Shown: positions 59,434 to 64,000 of the stretch, piece after piece
Layout: every line of letters starts with the position of its first letter
Numbering within the stretch: position 1 is the stretch's first letter
DNA from: Trueperaceae bacterium
Lineage (GTDB): Bacteria > Deinococcota > Deinococci > Deinococcales > Trueperaceae
Direction of reading: 5' to 3'
Assembly: GCA_965213705.1 (NCBI GenBank)
Contig: OZ243913.1
Span: 608,001 to 672,000, forward strand
DNA: 64,000 nucleotides
Position numbers and translations under genes: made by a program
The notes under the pieces: generated by a model
What the model saw: the letters and a program-made list of their open reading frames with translations, nothing else
What the model was told of the DNA's origin: nothing
The model's database searches: none

Positions 59434-60474
59434 TTAGGCTTTGGCGACGACTTGGTTACCGCCGACCGTCTGAGCGCGCTCGAGCCCTTCGTCGGCCATG
59501 CGGACGAGTTCTTCGGGATTGTGCAAAAAGTGCTGAGGGTTTAAGGGCTCGTGGGAAGCCACGCCGACGCTCAGACTGAGTTTGCGCCCCGCGCCCGCCG
59601 GGTGGGGCAGGTCCAACGCGGCGACTTCGCCGACCAAACGTTCGGCGATGGCCGCCGCACCCAGGTGGTCGGTGTCGGGCAGGAGAATGGCGAAGCGGCC
59701 TTTCTCGAGTCGCGCGACAAGGTCTGTCGAGCGGTAAAGGGCCTTGTCGAGCACGCGCGCCACGGTAACAAGCGCGTCGCGGTCGCGTTGCGGGCCGATG
59801 CGGTTGTCGTGCGGTTGAAAGGCGTCGATGCTTAAGCGAAGCAGCGACAGCGGAAACACCTCGGCCTGGGCGCGCCGAAACTCGCGGCGCAGCATGTGGT
59901 CGAAGTGCTGCTGCGAGGCGAGGTTGGTCAGCGGGTCGGTCAAGGCGAAACGCACCATCGTGCGGTGGTGTTCGTCCAAACGGCGACCGAGTTCGAACTG
60001 CGTCACGGCCAAGCCGACAAACGAGGCCAGCAGGGTCATGGCTTCCACCTCGCCCTGCGAGTAAAGGCGGCTCGCCGCGTTGCGCACGCTCAGCGCGCCG
60101 CGCACGGCGCCGTCGGTCGTCACCGGCACGCCCAGAAAAGCCCCGCAGCCGTCGTCGGGAAAAACGAGCGCAAGTTCCACGTCGCGGTTGTCCAGGTCGG
60201 GTACGACCAAGGCCGCGTCGTGCTCAACAAGCCAGCGGCTGGCCGCGTCGTCGTCTTGCAGCGTGTGTACCGTGTCGCTGCCCCGAACCAGCCTGCGCTG
60301 CAGCGCGTCCTCCAGCACGAGGCAAGCGCGGTCGCTGCGGGTCCACGCCGCCGCCAGGGCGGTCAGGCGCTTAAAAAAGTTGGCGGGCTGGGCACCGTTC
60401 ACGTCACGGCAGAGCGTGCTCAGTTCGTTGAAAAAGGCCGCTTTGTCGGTCGGGGTCAGGGCTGAGTCGGTCAT
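59434..60474 (-). CDS. GAF plus degenerate GGDEF domain protein
   Basis: ALTDPLT and LSLSVGVA motifs; active site reads EKGRF; RSTD at the I-site position. Confidence 0.88.
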   Translation of the reverse strand: MTDSALTPTDKAAFFNELSTLCRDVNGAQPANFFKRLTALAAAWTRSDRACLVLEDALQRRLVRGSDTVHTLQDDDAASRWLVEHDAALVVPDLDNRDVELALVFPDDGCGAFLGVPVTTDGAVRGALSVRNAASRLYSQGEVEAMTLLASFVGLAVTQFELGRRLDEHHRTMVRFALTDPLTNLASQQHFDHMLRREFRRAQAEVFPLSLLRLSIDAFQPHDNRIGPQRDRDALVTVARVLDKALYRSTDLVARLEKGRFAILLPDTDHLGAAAIAERLVGEVAALDLPHPAGAGRKLSLSVGVASHEPLNPQHFLHNPEELVRMADEGLERAQTVGGNQVVAKA

Positions 60475-60522
60475 ACCTTTTACAGTAGCGCGTCAGGCAG
60501 AAGAACGGAGTTAAATTGTTCC

Positions 60523-60558
60523 AAAAAAACACCTCTCGAGTCCTAGACTCGAGAGGTG
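60523..60558 (-). terminator. intrinsic terminator
   Basis: CACCTCTCGAGT-ctagg-ACTCGAGAGGTG followed by TTTTTTT. Confidence 0.9.
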
Positions 60559-60686
60559 CGGATACCCGCCTGGTACTGAGGGGAACGTGGTCCCTGCCTC
60601 AGCGGAGGCGTACCTTAGTTACCCTCGACGGGTACCTCCACTGGCCTTTAAATGTTTACTAATTAGGACCACCTCCTTTCTGTGGT
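60523..60686 (-). ncRNA. candidate stand-alone structured small RNA (or micro-ORF mRNA) with an extended Shine-Dalgarno at its 5' end
   Basis: TAAACT -10 box at 60699-60694; AGAAAGGAGGTGGTCC; internal hairpins; 12-bp stem plus U7 terminator. Confidence 0.6.
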
Positions 60687-60958
60687 AAGAAACAGTTTAC
60701 ACCAAAAAACGTTTTTTTGCATGTATATCCGCTTACGTTTTGGGCCTATATTTTGGACCTACGTTTTGGACAGGAGGGTTGCAGCTTCCCAACTGGCCGC
60801 CCCGCGCCTTGTAGGTTCGGTGTAACGAAAAACGTTTACACGAACTGGTGCGTCTTTCGACCCTGGGGTACACTGGGAGTAGACTCCGAGGTAGCGGCTG
60901 TGCAGCGCGGAGACGCGTGACAACCTGTTTTCGGATACCAGTTTGTGTGGAGGCTCGA

Positions 60959-63049
60959 GTGCTCACGCTTGCAGAAAAACTTGTCTTTGTGGTGTTCGCG
61001 GCGGTGTGCTTTTACTACGCCTACACCGGTTTTAGAAAAGTCGTGCTGGCGGTGATGCGGGGCGGCGGGAGTTATTACCCCCGCTTCGACCACTTGCCGA
61101 GGCGTTTCGGCGAGGCGATCACCAGGACCGTCTCACAAGTGACCGTGTTCCGCGACCGGCCCGTCGTGAGCTTTTTTCACAGTTTTATCTTTTACGGGTT
61201 TATCTACTACTTGGTGGTCAACGTGCTCGACGGCCTCCGCGGAATGGTGCCGCCCGGTTTGTGGGAAGGCACCGAGTTCGGAGCGTTGGGCGGCCTGTTC
61301 CGTTTGGCGACGGATGTTTTGTCGGTGCTCATCCTGGTCGGCGTGGTGTTCTTTTTGGTGCGGCGCTTTTTGGCTCGTGACCCCCGCTTGGACCAGAACG
61401 AGAAAACGGTGCTCCACGAAAAAGTGAAACTCGGCAGCATCAAGCGCGACAGCCTTATCGTCGGGACGTTTATCCTGCTGCATGTGGGGTTTCGCCTGGT
61501 CGGCGAGGGCTTTTTGTTAGCGAGCGAGTACCAGCGCGACCCGTGGCAGCCGTTCGCCTCGGCGCTGGCGTCTAGCATTGGCTACGGCGACGGGCGGGTG
61601 GTCGGTTGGCACGTCGGCTGGTGGGGAGCCATCGGGCTCATCTTGCTGTTTTTGCCTTACTTCCCCCGCAGCAAGCACCTGCACCTGTTCGCGGCCACCT
61701 TTAACTTCGCTTTTGAGCGGCGGTTTGAAGACGGCAGCAAAGTGTCGACCGGCGCGCTGGCGCCCATCGACTTCGAGGACGAGTCTATAGAGCAGTACGG
61801 GGTAGCGAAGTTAGAGCAACTGCGCCAGCCGCAACTCCTAGACCCTTACGCCTGCATCCAGTGCAACCGCTGCAGCAACGTTTGTCCGGCCAACGCGACC
61901 GGCAAAGCGCTGTCCCCGGCGGCCCTGGAAATCAACAAGCGCTACGAACTCAACTCAATCCTGCCCGAGTTTGCGGCGGGCGCAGAAAGTCCGCGCGAAC
62001 TGACCGAGTTCGCCCTCAGCACCGAGGCGCTGTGGGCCTGCACGGCTTGTGGGGCCTGCATCGAAATCTGCCCGGTCGGCTGCGAGCAGATGATTGACAT
62101 CATTGACATCCGCCGCGACCAGGTGATGATGAAAGGCGAGTTTCCGAGTGAACTCAACGCGGCTTTTCGCGGCATGGAGCGCACCGGCAACCCCTGGGGC
62201 ATCTCGCAGGACAAGCGCTTGGAGTGGGCTGAAGGTTTGGACGTGCCCACGGTTCAAGACACCCCCGATTTCGAGGTACTGTTCTGGGTCGGTTGCGCGG
62301 GGAGTTACGACCCGGCGGCGCAAGCTACGACGCGGGCGTTTGTTCGGATTCTCGAGCACGCCAACATCAACTACGCGGTTCTCGGCAAGGCCGAAAAGTG
62401 TACCGGCGACCCCGCCCGGCGTGCGGGCAACGAGTACCTGTACTACGGCCTCGCTGCTGAGAACGTCGAAACCCTGAACGCGGCCCTCATCAGCGACTTA
62501 GACCCCGCCAAGAAAAAGCGTGTCGTCACGACTTGCCCCCACTGCTTCAACGCGCTGTTTAACGACTACCCGCAGCTCGGCGGCGACTACGACGTGGTTC
62601 ACCACACGCAGTTTATCGACATGTTGCAAAAAGCGGGCAAGCTGCCGCCGCTTAACGCCTCCCAAAAGCTCACCTACCACGACCCTTGTTACTTGGGCCG
62701 TCACAACGGCGTCTACGACGCGCCGCGCGACATCCTCAACAGCGGCGCGGGCACCGTCACCGAGATGCCCCGCAACCGCAACAACGCCTTTTGCTGCGGC
62801 GCGGGCGGGGCGCAGTTCTGGAAAGAGGAAGAACCCGGCACCATGCGCGTGTCCGAAAACCGCTTCCGCGAGGCGGTTTCCACCGGCGCGGCGGTCGTCG
62901 CCACCGGCTGCCCCTTCTGCCGCGTGATGCTTCAAAGCAGCGACAGCGCCGAGGCTGAGGGCGCACCCGAAGTGCACGACGTGGCCCAGCTCGTCGCCCA
63001 GAACCTGGAACGGATTCAGGCGAAGTTGGCCGCCGAACATCAAGCGTAA
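60959..63049 (+). CDS. membrane-bound Fe-S oxidoreductase (FadF/HdrD-like)
   Basis: TM domain with SKHLH; CIQCNRC, CTACGAC, HDPC and CCG motifs. Confidence 0.93.
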   Translation: MLTLAEKLVFVVFAAVCFYYAYTGFRKVVLAVMRGGGSYYPRFDHLPRRFGEAITRTVSQVTVFRDRPVVSFFHSFIFYGFIYYLVVNVLDGLRGMVPPGLWEGTEFGALGGLFRLATDVLSVLILVGVVFFLVRRFLARDPRLDQNEKTVLHEKVKLGSIKRDSLIVGTFILLHVGFRLVGEGFLLASEYQRDPWQPFASALASSIGYGDGRVVGWHVGWWGAIGLILLFLPYFPRSKHLHLFAATFNFAFERRFEDGSKVSTGALAPIDFEDESIEQYGVAKLEQLRQPQLLDPYACIQCNRCSNVCPANATGKALSPAALEINKRYELNSILPEFAAGAESPRELTEFALSTEALWACTACGACIEICPVGCEQMIDIIDIRRDQVMMKGEFPSELNAAFRGMERTGNPWGISQDKRLEWAEGLDVPTVQDTPDFEVLFWVGCAGSYDPAAQATTRAFVRILEHANINYAVLGKAEKCTGDPARRAGNEYLYYGLAAENVETLNAALISDLDPAKKKRVVTTCPHCFNALFNDYPQLGGDYDVVHHTQFIDMLQKAGKLPPLNASQKLTYHDPCYLGRHNGVYDAPRDILNSGAGTVTEMPRNRNNAFCCGAGGAQFWKEEEPGTMRVSENRFREAVSTGAAVVATGCPFCRVMLQSSDSAEAEGAPEVHDVAQLVAQNLERIQAKLAAEHQA

Positions 63050-63072
63050 AGAGCGTCTTGCTTCCTCAACAA

Positions 63073-63147
63073 GGGGAACTTGCTTCTGCGGCTACCTCTA
63101 TAGCGAGTGTGCAGAAGCAAATCCCCCAACCCCCTTGTTAAGGGGGC
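63073..63147. repeat. REP-like compound inverted repeat
   Basis: GGGGA-a-c-TTGCTTCTGC...GCAGAAGCAA-a-TCCCC, plus CCCCCTT-gtt-AAGGGGG. Confidence 0.55.
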
Positions 63148-63185
63148 TTCAACGCTGGGTTAGGCTTGGTTCTCGCCAGGTCAAA

Positions 63186-63746
63186 TCAAACGTCGCTGGG
63201 CGGTTGCTGCCAGTTCGTCGTTTTCGCCCACAGGTGCCCGCCCGCCATCAGCACGTCGAACACGGGGTCTTTGATGTCGTAATACCCCTCGACATCATCG
63301 GGAAAATAGCGGGCTAGTTGGCGCTTGACTTCGGCGTAGGCGTTCGCCGCCATCGGATGCGCGCGCAAGTAGTCGCGGCAAACGAGGGCGTAGCGCTGGT
63401 TGAAACGGCCCAGAACGCGAACATGAACGTGCAGGTGCGGCGACTCGCTCGAGAAGTAACGCTTTTCGAGCTGTTCCGGCGCTAGGTTCATTCCCGGCGG
63501 GCCGTGGTCGCGGTCGTAGGTTCGAAACGTCAAGCCTAAATCCTCAAAAGCTGCGCGAAACGGCAAACTGAAGTCCGCAACCGTCAGCTGAACGTCGATA
63601 ATGTCTTTGGCCGCCAAACCCGGCACGCTGGTCGAGCCGATGTGGTGAATCGCCAGCGCGTTGTCTCCCGCCGCTTCGCGCAAACGTGCGCCGAACGTGG
63701 CAAAGTGCTCAGGCCAACCTTCTTGATAAGGAACAATTTCAATCAC
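63186..63746 (-). CDS. GrpB family protein
   Basis: HIGSTSVPGLAAKDIID and RDYLRAHP...Y...K motifs. Confidence 0.93.
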   Translation of the reverse strand: MIEIVPYQEGWPEHFATFGARLREAAGDNALAIHHIGSTSVPGLAAKDIIDVQLTVADFSLPFRAAFEDLGLTFRTYDRDHGPPGMNLAPEQLEKRYFSSESPHLHVHVRVLGRFNQRYALVCRDYLRAHPMAANAYAEVKRQLARYFPDDVEGYYDIKDPVFDVLMAGGHLWAKTTNWQQPPSDV

Positions 63747-63773
63747 TTGAACGAGCTTAACAAGTCTCGAGCC

Positions 63774-63998
63774 TCAGTCTCGATTCTCCTCCAACCACTT
63801 CACCGCCCAATCGACCAGTGGGCGCTGCCGCAAAAAACGCGCCTCGGCCCGCCCGACGCTGCACACCGAGATGTCGTGCGCCGCCTCGTAAGCCTCGCCC
63901 AAGGCCTCGAAGTCCTCGTCGTCCCAATCAATCCGCCGGTACGCCACCCACTGCCGCACGCCGTCCACAAACACGGCCGAGCCCTCGTCCAGGTAGGT
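63774..63998 (-). CDS. AAC(3)/YokD family acetyltransferase, C-terminal part; truncated by the window end
   Basis: GSAVFVDGVRQWVAY...DFEALG...VGRAEAR...QRPLVD. Confidence 0.8.
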   Translation of the reverse strand, partial: TYLDEGSAVFVDGVRQWVAYRRIDWDDEDFEALGEAYEAAHDISVCSVGRAEARFLRQRPLVDWAVKWLEENRD

Positions 63999-64000
63999 TT

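Noticed and set aside
60666..60681. 16S rRNA 3'-end-like sequence on the + strand
   Set aside because: There is no flanking rRNA sequence; it is better read as an extended SD on the - strand.

Overview
GC-rich bacterial chromosome segment, most likely Deinococcota (Truepera-like). The inference rests on an archaeal/eukaryote-type ProRS, a HAIR-like site before dnaK-grpE-dnaJ, and pervasive leaderless genes with a TANNNT box 5-7 nt before the start codon. Most of the roughly 60 genes are housekeeping or metabolic: pdxH, msrA, thpR, dnaK/grpE/dnaJ, a peptide ABC transporter, proS, lutABC, a CCA/HD nucleotidyltransferase, coaE, tkt, bioY and a FadF-like Fe-S oxidoreductase. Accessory material includes a Phd-PIN toxin-antitoxin pair with an XRE pseudogene, a complete IS1-family element splitting an AT-rich orphan gene, a TetR-associated monooxygenase/SDR/MFS/dehalogenase cluster, a secreted cyanophycinase and a multi-repeat lipoprotein. 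No rRNA, tRNA or CRISPR array was seen. The most novel-looking signals are non-coding: (1) a roughly 165-nt stand-alone structured transcript at 60523-60686 that begins with a 16-nt complement of the 16S 3' tail; (2) strong HIP1-like over-representation of CTCGAG; (3) a perfect 34-bp palindrome at the promoter of the IS-split orphan, back-to-back with the dnaK promoter; (4) a near-consensus promoter that runs straight into a terminator; (5) face-to-face promoters sharing one operator; and (6) a heptamer-built intergenic repeat family. All calls come from reading the sequence; no database searches were run.
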